Source: Acidimicrobiia bacterium (GTDB taxonomy: Bacteria; Actinomycetota; Acidimicrobiia; Spongiisociales; ZC4RG35). Taken from it: a DNA stretch of 64,000 nt. Location of the stretch: positions 1 to 64,000 of the forward strand of contig OZ244034.1 of assembly GCA_965215185.1 (NCBI GenBank). The letters run 5' to 3'. Position numbers and translations under genes: made by a program. The notes under the pieces were generated by a model. The model searched no databases and was not told the DNA's origin. It worked only from the letters and a program-made list of their open reading frames with translations. Numbering within the stretch: the first letter of the stretch is position 1; the number at the start of each line of letters is the position of its first letter. Positions 1 through 10,800 of this stretch are shown here, one piece after another.

Positions 1-420
1 GGCGGATCTGTTGTAGGCGTCTCTTTTTTTGTGGGCTAGGACGGCTTCTGCTACTTTTTCGGTTATGTCGTCCTGCTCCTCTGCCTAGGTCCGGAACGAT
101 GCTCTGGCCCCATGAACGTCCGCGGGGATATCGCAGTCTTCGAGGAGTTTGTGCAGGGTGCCGGAGGACATGATCCCGCCTCTGCGCGCGGGGAACACCA
201 GTCCGGTGCGGGTGCCTGTGAGTTCGGCGGTGTCTTCGAGCACTCGTATCGCCGCTTCGGAGAGGGGCACTTCGTGCTCGCGAGAATTATTGACGTTCTC
301 TTTGGATCCGCCAGTCGCGGTTTTCGAGGTCGATCTGGTCCCAGGTGGCTTTTTGGGATTCGCCGCTTCGGACGCAGGTGAGGGTGACGAATATGAGGGC
401 GTTGATAGCGATGGGGGGCC
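1..420 (-). pseudogene. C-terminal fragment of a P4-like tyrosine integrase
   Basis: Minus strand reads ...EHEVPLSEAA...LVFP...VHGARASFRT*(TAG at 85-87 where Trp is expected)AEEQ...AEAVLAHKKRDAYNRS, i.e. HxxR and H...Y boxes. An upstream frame gives RSGESQKATWDQIDL. It is frameshifted and abuts IS256 debris. Confidence 0.75.
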
Positions 421-798
421 TGTCAAATCCACCGCTCCGATCTCGGTAAACACCTGTTTTGGAGAGGTCCCGTTACGGTTGTTACCCGTACCATGACCCA
501 TCGGATCACCGGACTCATAACCCAAATGATCGGTCATCTCCTCAGCCAAAGCACGTTCCAGAATCCGCTTCGTCAACTCCGCCAACACCCCATCAGGACC
601 CAAAAGATCCACACCACCCGCAGCAGCGTCCGAAACCACCGCCTCCACTACCTCATCAGACACCACACCAGCGGCCCACCCCAGCCGCCTCCGTCACATC
701 ATGTTCAACAGGCATCAAAACACTCGCCTCTCCGACCGGCTCTCACACCAGCCACAGCAATTAGAGAACCTACCTCACACAGACATGTATACAGGCTC
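421..798 (-). mobile_element. 5' remnant of an IS256-family element (transposase N-terminus plus left IR)
   Basis: GPDGVLAELTKRILERALAEEMTDHLGY...NNRNG...TEIGAVDL is a typical IS256 transposase N-terminus, truncated at ~421. IR-like GAGCCTGTATACATGTCTGTGT starts at 798 on the minus strand. Confidence 0.8.
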
Positions 799-1035
799 GT
801 CTCCCATGGGTCGAGCACAAGGGGAAGGCAACCGTAGAGCCTCAGCCGGGACCGACGCCTGCTGTCCCCCCGGCCTGCTAAGGGACAATCCGTAGGGACG
901 CTGATTAGGAAATCCTGCCACCCTGTTGCTTTCTACATGAAGTTCGCAGTCGAGAGTTGGGCCTGGGGCCTGTCGCAAAACGAGCTGCGTTGCATCCTCC
1001 GCGAGATCAGGTGGATACCCGTACCTGGCCAGTAG

Positions 1036-1360
1036 CCATCATCCGTATGCGCAACGACCCCCGCACCCGCCAATACGTCCAAAAACGCCAGGCAGAAGGC
1101 AAAACCCGCCGAGAAATCATCCACTGTCTCAAACGCCACATCGCAAGAGAGATCTACCACCTAATCACCAACCCACACCAACGGCGCCCACCTGCGCACC
1201 CAACGCCACCAAGCCCAGATCAGCCTCACCCACACCGCCCAAGCGCTCCACCCCTACCACACCCTCCTCTCACGACTCGAACGAGGCCTATACCACAACC
1301 ACCAACCCACTACCAACACTGGCCTCACCCAACAACCGACTTGTAGAAAATAGGATCGTC
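1036..1360 (+). mobile_element. 3' remnant of an IS110-family element
   Basis: IIRMRNDPRTRQYVQKRQAEGKTRREIIHCLKRHIAREIY is the IS110 C-terminal signature, followed by a frameshifted HTH-like tail (LSRLERGL). End-like sequence CTTGTAGAAAATAGGATCGTC lies at 1340-1360. Confidence 0.75.
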
Positions 1361-1374
1361 ATAGAAGTAGCCGC

Positions 1375-3039
1375 TTAGACGATCCCTAGCGCCCGAGCCA
1401 AGAACGTGGCCATCTCCCCCCGAGTAACAGAGTTTGTAGGACAGAACCGGAGCGGATCGGTTCCACATCCTACCGTTATCTCAGCGGCGGCTAACGCGTC
1501 GATGTTTGCCTCATGAGTATCACCCCCGGTGTCGGCAAACCCAGCCGCTGGCGCCGCGTCGAGGTTGAACGCACGCACAAAGAACGTGGCCATCTCCCCC
1601 CGAGTGACAAGCTGGTCAGGACAGAACCTGAACGGTGCTCTAGCACAACCCACGGTGACCCCAAGGGAGGCTAAGCGGTCAGTGTAAGGCGCCCACCACG
1701 AACCGTTGTCCACATCCACGAACCGTGTTGCCGTCTGCGCCGTCGGGTCCTCTCGGTCCAAAACCCTTACCAGCCACACAGCCATTTCCCAGCGCTGCAG
1801 TGGCCCGTCCCCGCACAGACCGCCTTCGCAGCCCGTACCATCGAAAATGCCAGCAACGTGATCACTCAGCGCCTCTATAGCAGGCTGATGCGTACCCTCA
1901 ACAGGTACCTGTTGCCCGCCGGACACCACCAGCGGCAACTCGCCCCAGCACTCTATCGACCCGGTGCTGCGCAGCCCACAGGAATGACTCGCGCCAGCGG
2001 ACACTGAAGTGAATGAACCCCCCGGCGGCGACGCCCCCCCGGACCGGATGTCACCCCAGCACAACACCGACCCGCGACTTTGTACCCCACAGGAATAGCC
2101 TTCTCCCGCCGATACCGCCGCGAAGGAACCTGCTGGCGGCGTTGCCTCCCCGAACTCGTCTTCACCCCAGCACACTACCGACCCGCTGGTGACCAGCCCA
2201 CACGAATGCCTCGCCCCTGTGGACACTGCGGTGAATGAACCTGCTGGCGGCGTTGCCTCCCCGAACTCGTCTTCACCCCAGCACACCACCGGCCCACCAC
2301 TGCTGCGCAGCCCGCACGAATGACCCTCGCCTGTGGACACTGCGGTGAAGGAACCTGCTGGCGGCGTTGCCTCCCCGAACTCGTCTTCACCCCAGCACAC
2401 CACCAGTCCGTCGCTGCGTACCCCACAGGAATGATCCGCGCCTGCGGAGACCGCACTGAATGAACCTGCCGGCGGCGACGCCTGTCCGAAAAAGCTACTG
2501 CCCCAGCACACCACCAACCCGCTGCGCAGCCCACAGGAATGACTCAAACCGGTGGACACCGAAGTGAACGAACCCCCCGGCGGCGTCGCCTGTCTGTCAT
2601 CGTTTGCACCCCAGCACACTGCCGACCAGCCGCTGCGCAGCCCACAGGAATGATCCGCGCCTGCGGAGACCGCACTGAATGAACCTGTCGGCGGTGACGC
2701 CCGCCTGGACCCGTTGTTGCCCCAGCACTCCACTGACCCGTTGCTGCGCAGCCCACACGAATGCTCTGCGCCTGCGGAGACCGCACTGAACCAGGGAGGC
2801 CGGATGCCGGTTTGGGAGGAGGCGTATGACCAGGTCATAATATTGGATTTTCCGCTTAACTTGGCTGCGGGCCTGCCCACACCAGGTAAGGCATCTTCCG
2901 CAGGCAAATCACCTGCATGGACTGACCCAATCCCCGCTGACATGGCCACTAACAACAACGCCATCACCCACAGAACAGGTCGAACTCTAAAAGCCGCCAC
3001 GAAATCCTGCTTACTACGAAGCAGCCCTGCGGCTACCAA
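1375..3039 (-). CDS. Secreted RCC1/BLIP-II-like repeat protein with C-terminal S-layer homology (SLH) domains
   Basis: N-terminal hydrophobic signal, then 8 repeats of (S/T)AGxxHSCG(L/V)xxxGxxxCWG, then SLH-like motifs FCPDQLVTRGEMATFFVRA and FCPTNSVTRGEMATFLARA. Confidence 0.85.
   Translation of the reverse strand: MVAAGLLRSKQDFVAAFRVRPVLWVMALLLVAMSAGIGSVHAGDLPAEDALPGVGRPAAKLSGKSNIMTWSYASSQTGIRPPWFSAVSAGAEHSCGLRSNGSVECWGNNGSRRASPPTGSFSAVSAGADHSCGLRSGWSAVCWGANDDRQATPPGGSFTSVSTGLSHSCGLRSGLVVCWGSSFFGQASPPAGSFSAVSAGADHSCGVRSDGLVVCWGEDEFGEATPPAGSFTAVSTGEGHSCGLRSSGGPVVCWGEDEFGEATPPAGSFTAVSTGARHSCGLVTSGSVVCWGEDEFGEATPPAGSFAAVSAGEGYSCGVQSRGSVLCWGDIRSGGASPPGGSFTSVSAGASHSCGLRSTGSIECWGELPLVVSGGQQVPVEGTHQPAIEALSDHVAGIFDGTGCEGGLCGDGPLQRWEMAVWLVRVLDREDPTAQTATRFVDVDNGSWWAPYTDRLASLGVTVGCARAPFRFCPDQLVTRGEMATFFVRAFNLDAAPAAGFADTGGDTHEANIDALAAAEITVGCGTDPLRFCPTNSVTRGEMATFLARALGIV
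1945..2792 (-). repeat. Coding tandem repeats of ~108-114 bp (RCC1-like blades)
   Basis: GAACCTGCTGGCGGCGTTGCCTCCCCGAACTCGTCTTCACCCCAGCACAC recurs at 2126, 2237 and 2351; the other units are more diverged. Confidence 0.85.
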
Positions 3040-3334
3040 GAGGGATATTCCTTCTAAAAGCCGGATTTTTCACACAATGGGTGTTTCGCGTCCTGGAAGG
3101 AGACGAGGTTGGGAGGGAAGGGACCGAGATGGACGTTCTATCCGGTGCTGTCAGTGTTGGTGATGGTGATGGCGCTAATGGGCACCGTGTGGTCGCAGGG
3201 GTTCAGCATTTCATCCAACCCTCGCACTGCTGTTTCGTCGGAGGTCCGGTCCCATACGGTTTGACCGTTATTCAATCGGTCGCATCATCGCACCAGGCGT
3301 CCTGGTTGGTCTGTTCCATTCGCCGGGATCCCTC

Positions 3335-4205
3335 TTATGGTGCGGCGCATCGGTCCGACCGTTTTTTGTCAAACGCGGAGGTGAGGTGCGCGATAGCTTC
3401 GTTTCCTCGTTTGGTGTATATGGCGAGCGTGCGCGGGTTCTGGTGTCGGCTCTTGGCCTGGAGCAGGATGGTGGAGGCTCCTTTCTCGCCGAGGTGGGTG
3501 AGTGAGGAGTGGTGGAGTGTCCACCCGCCACTTGTTTGCTTGAATAGGGTGGAGGCGCGTTCGTAGGACAGCCTTCCCTGGCTGGCGTGTGGGCATTCGT
3601 CCCCCGTGCGGGGATGACGTTGGGTCCTCGGCGTCGTCCGGCCAGGTATCGGGAGAGAAGACGCGCTGCTCCGGATGCCCAGAACACGTATTCTTTCTGG
3701 CCGCCTTTGCCGGTGATCACGGCTCGTTTGCGGGGAAGGTCCAGATCCTCCACGTTGAGTGCGAGGACTTCCCCGGCCCGAGCGGCGGTCTCGTACAGCA
3801 TCCTCCACAGGGCCTTTTCTCGCAGGTCTATGTCTCTTCGTGACCAGTGTTTTTCCAGGTCTTGGTAGGGGATCGCTTTGGTCTGGTCGCGGGGTTCCGC
3901 CGGCGTACTACCAGCATCATCGGGTCGTGGTCTATCCACTTGTTGCGTTGACAGTAGGACACGAACGACTGGAGGGCGGTGATACGGGTGTTCCAGGTGG
4001 CGGGCTGCGCCGACCCCCACCGTTGCTGGAACACATCCAGGAGTCTGCGGGGGTCCAGTTGGTCCAAGCCAAGGTCCTCGACCACGGCCGATAGTGCCTG
4101 CCGATATGCCCGGCGGGTGTTAGAAGAGAGTTGCTTGTCCGAAAAGAACGCCTCGACCGCCGACCGCAATCGCGGTGTTACCCGGTAGTCCGCCAAGGCC
4201 ACCAC
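3335..4205 (-). pseudogene. XerC/D-like tyrosine recombinase pseudogene
   Basis: Three frame pieces: SAM-like N-terminus (NTRRAYRQAL), catalytic LYETAARAGEVLAL...GKGG, and C-terminal WTLHHSSLTH...SRHQNPRTLAIY. There are two frameshifts and the HxxR arginine is lost (LHQLRH collapsed to LHH). Confidence 0.8.
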
Positions 4206-4854
4206 CCGGGTGATGGTCCTCCAGGAAACTCGGAGCGGTTCGCCTGAGGTTTGATGAGAGTCTTGCGGGATGCTCCCGGATCGTCATCATCGTCCGAGCA
4301 GATGGGTTCACATGCGGGGTTCCCAGTGGGCTTCCATCGGTTGCAGGTTTCCTATGCCGATGGAGTGAGCAAAGTGTGGTGGACATCACCCCCCGATCTC
4401 TGGTGGACAGGGTGGGGAATTCGGTGATCAACTCTGGGAGCGGTATTTCAGTGATCGCCATTACCACAACTAGCATCATTATCATGACGCCGTCACACTC
4501 GCTTCACGACAACCTCATAGCATGGGTTTCAGGCCGCGGCGCGCTACTTGAGCTCTGCGGTTTGTGAGTGGGATGTACGCAGCCGTCGCCGCGGCCCGGA
4601 GGGGGGCGGCACGGGCGAGCATGGGGTTTGTCATAAGCAGGAGGGTCCACGCCATATCGGCGGCTGGCCCCTGTGGCGTTCGCGTAGGGCATATTCGGAT
4701 CTATGCGGTGGCGCAGCAATAGCTAGCGCAGCCTCGGCTGGTTTCGGCATGCCGTCTAGGCGGAGGGAGCGTGGCCAGTGCCGACGCCTCCCCAGTTCGG
4801 TGCTTGCGAGAGAGCCTGGATGATCGCAGGCGCGGCCATGACGGAAGGGTGAAG

Positions 4855-7800
4855 GTGCACAAAGCACGCTGGCGGCGTTATGCGCGCGCCAGCGCTGTCC
4901 CATGTCAAAACCGTGGGTCCGGGAGCGGGAGCGTCTGGAGGGTGGCGGTTTGGTTGGCAGTGTTCGCTGTCTTGTTGCCGGTGTTTCCTGTCGGTGCGGT
5001 GGGTGCGCCGGGCGCGGTTGATGCGGACGAGGCGCGGTCGGGAGCGCAGGATCTGGGTGATGTGACGGAGTGGGACGAGCCTAGAGTCTTCGATAGCGAG
5101 GTGGACGGCGCCGACGATTCGGTGGACTATTTCAGGTTTTCGTTGAGCGAGCCGAGGCTGGTGGTGCTGCGATTGCGCCGAATGGAGTTCGACGCCGATC
5201 TATTTGTGGAGGTCCCGTCGGGATGGGTGCTGGCATCCAGTCAGAAGAACGGAACCGCGAAAGAGGGATCAGCGTTGGGCTGGCCGTGGGCGTTTATTTA
5301 GTGAGGGTGGAGGCTCGGGAGCAGGGCAGCAACGCCTATCGGCTAAAGGTGGCCGCCAAGGTCGCGCCGGAGGGGACGGTGTTTCATGGGAATACGGAGG
5401 GGGTTTCTGATAAGGAGTCCGAGGATGGGGAACTGGTCGAGGGGTCGGTCCTGCGCTCCGCGCACGACCCGGACTCGACGCCGTCGGGAGCGACCGATTG
5501 GGGGGACGTAACGGGTTGGTCCTCGCCGCGGACGTTTGATGACTCGGTGGATGGCGGGGACGACGTAGTCGATTATTTCGCGTTCACTTTGACCGCCACC
5601 AAGCGGATCGGGGCGGGGCTGAGCTTTATGGAACTCAATGCCGACATTTTCCTGGAAAACTCGTCCGGCACGGTGCTGGCGTCGGGCAGGAACCGCGACA
5701 ACCGCCGGGAGCGGCTTAACAGGGAACTCGGACCGGGCGACTATCTGCTTCGAGTGCAAGCGCAGCAGGGCGGTCTCAACACGTATGAGATCTTCTTGCA
5801 GACCGCCAAACCCGATAGTGTCACTGCGGGATTCGACACCTCTGCGGTGGTCAGGGTGGGCGCCTGCTTCGAGGGAGCCGACGGCGCGAACATTGTACCG
5901 TCGTGGGACATCGACTGGGTGAGGGTCGAGCTCACCGCGGGCGAGGTCTATGTATTGGAGGTGCGGGGCCGCGACTCTGGATCGGGCGCTCTAGTCGACC
6001 CTGAGTTGAAAGCGGTGTATGTGGATCCGGACGGGGCGGTGTTCGACACCTACGACCAAGCCGGCCGGAGTTCCTCCGATGGACTGATCCTTGACAACGG
6101 CTTGTCATCCGAGGACCTAGACGAAGACGGATCACCCGACATATTGGACATGTACCCGAACCTTCCCGGTCCAGTGGGGTCGCCCGATCCGTTCGGGGAG
6201 AAACCGGTTCTGTCGTTTACCGAAGCATATGACCTTGACGACGGTCTTGGCCAGGATGCGTGGCTGCTGTTCCGCGCCGAGAAGACCGGATCGCACTATA
6301 TCGTGGTCGAGTCCCAGGGCGGATTCCAGGGCACCTACACCGTGGCCGTGGCGACCGCAGCAAATGCACCCGCGCCGTGCGCCCTCCCGCCAGAAACGCC
6401 CATGGTGTCTGCCGAGGCGATCAGCGACACAACGATGCGTTTGCGCTGGGAGGAGCCGGACGACGGCGGCGCCCCGATCAAGGGCTACGTTGTCGAGTAC
6501 CGTAAGGTCGGCGAGAACCAGTGGAGTCGACACAGCGAGCCCGGGCCGATGGCTCGCAGCGCCGTGGTCGCGGCCCTCGAACCGCAGCAAGACTACGAGT
6601 TCCGGGTCCTGGCCCAGAACTCCGCAGGCGGCAGCGAGTGGTCGCCGTTCGCCGAGGCCACCACCTTGACGCCGGGCGAGGGCAACCAGCCACCGGTGCT
6701 AACCAGCCCCCAGCCACCGGTGCAACGAGACGAGAACACCGGATTGGACGTGGCGGTGGTTGCCACGGACGCCAATGCTCAGGACGACATTGAGCGGGTG
6801 GCGTTGGTCGCGAGCAACCCGCCGGGCGTGTTCTCACTTGTCGGTGATCTGCTGAACGATGACTTGCGACTGATCTCCAACGGACCGCTCGATCACGAGG
6901 AGAGTCCGCATTGGGCGACATTGGAACTCACTAGCGGTACCGGCGATCGGGAGCTGTCAGTCGAGGTGCGGTTGACCGTGACGGTACGAGATATCGCTGA
7001 GCCGCCGACTGTGCCGCAGAACTTTCAAGCGACTCCCTCCGCCACTTCTGTCACGTTGGCGTGGCACGCCTCGACCACCACCGGACCACAGGAGATCAAC
7101 TACGCCGTCGGCTACCGGCCCTCCAGTGGCTCATGGAACGCCGGGGACACGGGTCCCGAGTTGACACAGACCGTCACGGGTCTGACGCCGGATACTGATT
7201 ATCTGTTCCGTGTTGAGGCCATCAACGCAGAGGGCGGCAGCGGCTACACCACCTTGACGACTCGCACGCTCGCCGGGCCCGATCTGGTGGCTGTGGAGTC
7301 GTTGACCGTTGTTGAGGGCGGGACGGGCAGTTTCGAGGTGGTTTTGGCGACTCAACCGTCGGCGGTGGTGACGGTGACGATCGGTTCGGGTGATACCGGG
7401 GCGGTGACGGTGACCGATACCAGTTTGGTGTTCACTACTGGTGATTGGGGCACCGCACAGTCGGTGATGGTGTCGGGTGTGGAAGACGCCGACGCTAACA
7501 GCGAAGCGGTTAATGTGTCACTGTCGGCTTCGTCGACCGACACCCAGTATGAGGGGATAACCGGCACGGTAGTGGTGACGGTCACCGATAACGACACCGC
7601 CAATTTGGTGATATCCGAGTCGTCGTTGACGGTGGCTGAGGACGGGACGGGCAGTTTCGAGGTGAGTTTGGCGACTCAACCGTCGGCGGTGGTGACGGTG
7701 ACGGTCGGTTCGGGTGATACCGGGGCGGTGACGGTGAGCGATTCCAGTTTGGTGTTCACTACTGGTGATTGGGGCACCGCGCAGTCGGTGACCGTCACAG

Positions 7801-10800
7801 GTGTGGACGATGACGACGCCCGCGGTGAAACAGTTAATGTGTCACTGTCGGCCGGGTCGACCGATAGGGATTATCAGGGGAAGGTTGGCACGGTAGTGGT
7901 GACGGTCACCGATAACGACACCGCCGATTTGGTGATATCCGATTCGTCGTTGACGGTGGCTGAGGACGGGACGGGCAGTTTCGAGGTGAGTTTGGCGACT
8001 CAACCGTCGGCGGTGGTGACGGTGACGGTCGGTTCGGGTGATACCGGGGCGGTGACGGTGAGCGATACCAGTTTGGTGTTCACTACTGGTGATTGGGGCA
8101 CCGCGCAGTCGGTGACCGTCACAGGTGTGGACGATGACGACGCCCGCGGTGAAACGGTTAATGTGTCACTGTCGGCCGGGTCGACCGACACCCAATATGA
8201 GGGGAAGGTTGGCACGGTAGTGGTGACGGTCACCGACAACGACACACCCGGTTTGGTGGCTGTGGAGTCGTTGATGGTGGCTGAGGAGGGGACGGTCATG
8301 TTTGATGTGAGTTTGGCGACTCAACCGTCGGCGGTGGTGACGGTGACGGTCGGTTCGGGTGATACCGGGGCGGTGACGGTGAGCGATACCAGTTTGGTGT
8401 TCACTACTGGTGATTGGGGCACCGCGCAGTCGGTGACCGTCACAGGTGTTGACGATGACGACGCCCGCGGTGAAACGGTTAATGTGTCACTGTCGGCCGG
8501 GTCGACCGACACCCAGTATGAGGGGAAGGTTGGCACGGTAGTGGTGACGGTCACCGACAACGATTCACCCGATCTGGTGGCTGTGGAGTCGTTGACCGTT
8601 GTTGAGGGCGGGACGGGCAGTTTCGAGGTGGTTTTGGCGACTCAACCGTCGGCGGTGGTGACGGTGACGATCGGTTCGGGTGATACCGGGGCGGTGACGG
8701 TGACCGATACCAGTTTGGTGTTCACTACTGGTGATTGGGGCACCGCACAGTCGGTGATGGTGTCGGGTGTGGAAGACGCCGACGCTAACAGCGAAGCGGT
8801 TAATGTGTCACTGTCGGCTTCGTCGACCGACACCCAGTATGAGGGGATAACCGGCACGGTAGTGGTGACGGTCACCGATAACGACACCGCCAATTTGGTG
8901 ATATCCGAGTCGTCGTTGACGGTGGCTGAGGACGGGACGGGCAGTTTCGAGGTGAGTTTGGCGACTCAACCGTCGGCGGTGGTGACGGTGACGGTCGGTT
9001 CGGGTGATACCGGGGCGGTGACGGTGAGCGATTCCAGTTTGGTGTTCACTACTGGTGATTGGGGCACCGCGCAGTCGGTGACCGTCACAGGTGTGGACGA
9101 TGACGACGCCCGCGGTGAAACAGTTAATGTGTCACTGTCGGCCGGGTCGACCGATAGGGATTATCAGGGGAAGGTTGGCACGGTAGTGGTGACGGTCACC
9201 GATAACGACACCGCCGATTTGGTGATATCCGATTCGTCGTTGACGGTGGCTGAGGACGGGACGGGCAGTTTCGAGGTGAGTTTGGCGACTCAACCGTCGG
9301 CGGTGGTGACGGTGACGGTCGGTTCGGGTGATACCGGGGCGGTGACGGTGAGCGATACCAGTTTGGTGTTCACTACTGGTGATTGGGGCACCGCGCAGTC
9401 GGTGACCGTCACAGGTGTGGACGATGACGACGCCCGCGGTGAAACGGTTAATGTGTCACTGTCGGCCGGGTCGACCGACACCCAATATGAGGGGAAGGTT
9501 GGCACGGTAGTGGTGACGGTCACCGACAACGACACACCCGGTTTGGTGGTTGTGGAGTCGTTGATGGTGGCTGAGGAGGGGACGGTCATGTTTGATGTGA
9601 GTTTGGCGACTCAACCGTCGGCGGTGGTGACGGTGACGGTCGGTTCGGGTGATACCGGGGCGGTGACGGTGAGCGATACCAGTTTGGTGTTCACTACTGG
9701 TGATTGGGGCACCGCGCAGTCGGTGACCGTCACAGGTGTTGACGATGACGACGCCCGCGGTGAAACGGTTAATGTGTCACTGTCGGCCGGGTCGACCGAC
9801 ACCCAGTATGAGGGGAAGGTTGGCACGGTAGTGGTGACGGTCACCGACAACGACACACCCGATCTGGTGGCTGTGGAGTCGTTGACCGTTGTTGAGGGCG
9901 GGACGGGCAGTTTCGAGGTGGTTTTGGCGACTCAACCGTCGGCGGTGGTGACGGTGACGATCGGTTCGGGTGATACCGGGGCGGTGACGGTGACCGATAC
10001 CAGTTTGGTGTTCACTACTGGTGATTGGGGCACCGCACAGTCGGTGATGGTGTCGGGTGTGGAAGACGCCGACGCTAACAGCGAAGCGGTTAATGTGTCA
10101 CTGTCGGCTTCGTCGACCGACACCCAGTATGAGGGGATAACCGGCACGGTAGTGGTGACGGTCACCGATAACGACACCGCCAATTTGGTGATATCCGAGT
10201 CGTCGTTGACGGTGGCTGAGGACGGGACGGGCAGTTTCGAGGTGAGTTTGGCGACTCAACCGTCGGCGGTGGTGACGGTGACGGTCGGTTCGGGTGATAC
10301 CGGGGCGGTGACGGTGAGCGATTCCAGTTTGGTGTTCACTACTGGTGATTGGGGCACCGCGCAGTCGGTGACCGTCACAGGTGTGGACGATGACGACGCC
10401 CGCGGTGAAACAGTTAATGTGTCACTGTCGGCCGGGTCGACCGATAGGGATTATCAGGGGAAGGTTGGCACGGTAGTGGTGACGGTCACCGATAACGACA
10501 CCGCCGATTTGGTGATATCCGATTCGTCGTTGACGGTGGCTGAGGACGGGACGGGCAGTTTCGAGGTGAGTTTGGCGACTCAACCGTCGGCGGTGGTGAC
10601 GGTGACGGTCGGTTCGGGTGATACCGGGGCGGTGACGGTGAGCGATACCAGTTTGGTGTTCACTACTGGTGATTGGGGCACCGCGCAGTCGGTGACCGTC
10701 ACAGGTGTTGACGATGACGACGCCCGCGGTGAAACGGTTAATGTGTCACTGTCGGCCGGGTCGACCGACACCCAATATGAGGGGAAGGTTGGCACGGTAG

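Noticed and set aside
85-666. Single 193-aa gene
   Set aside because: Chance in-frame fusion of an IS256 N-terminus and an integrase fragment.
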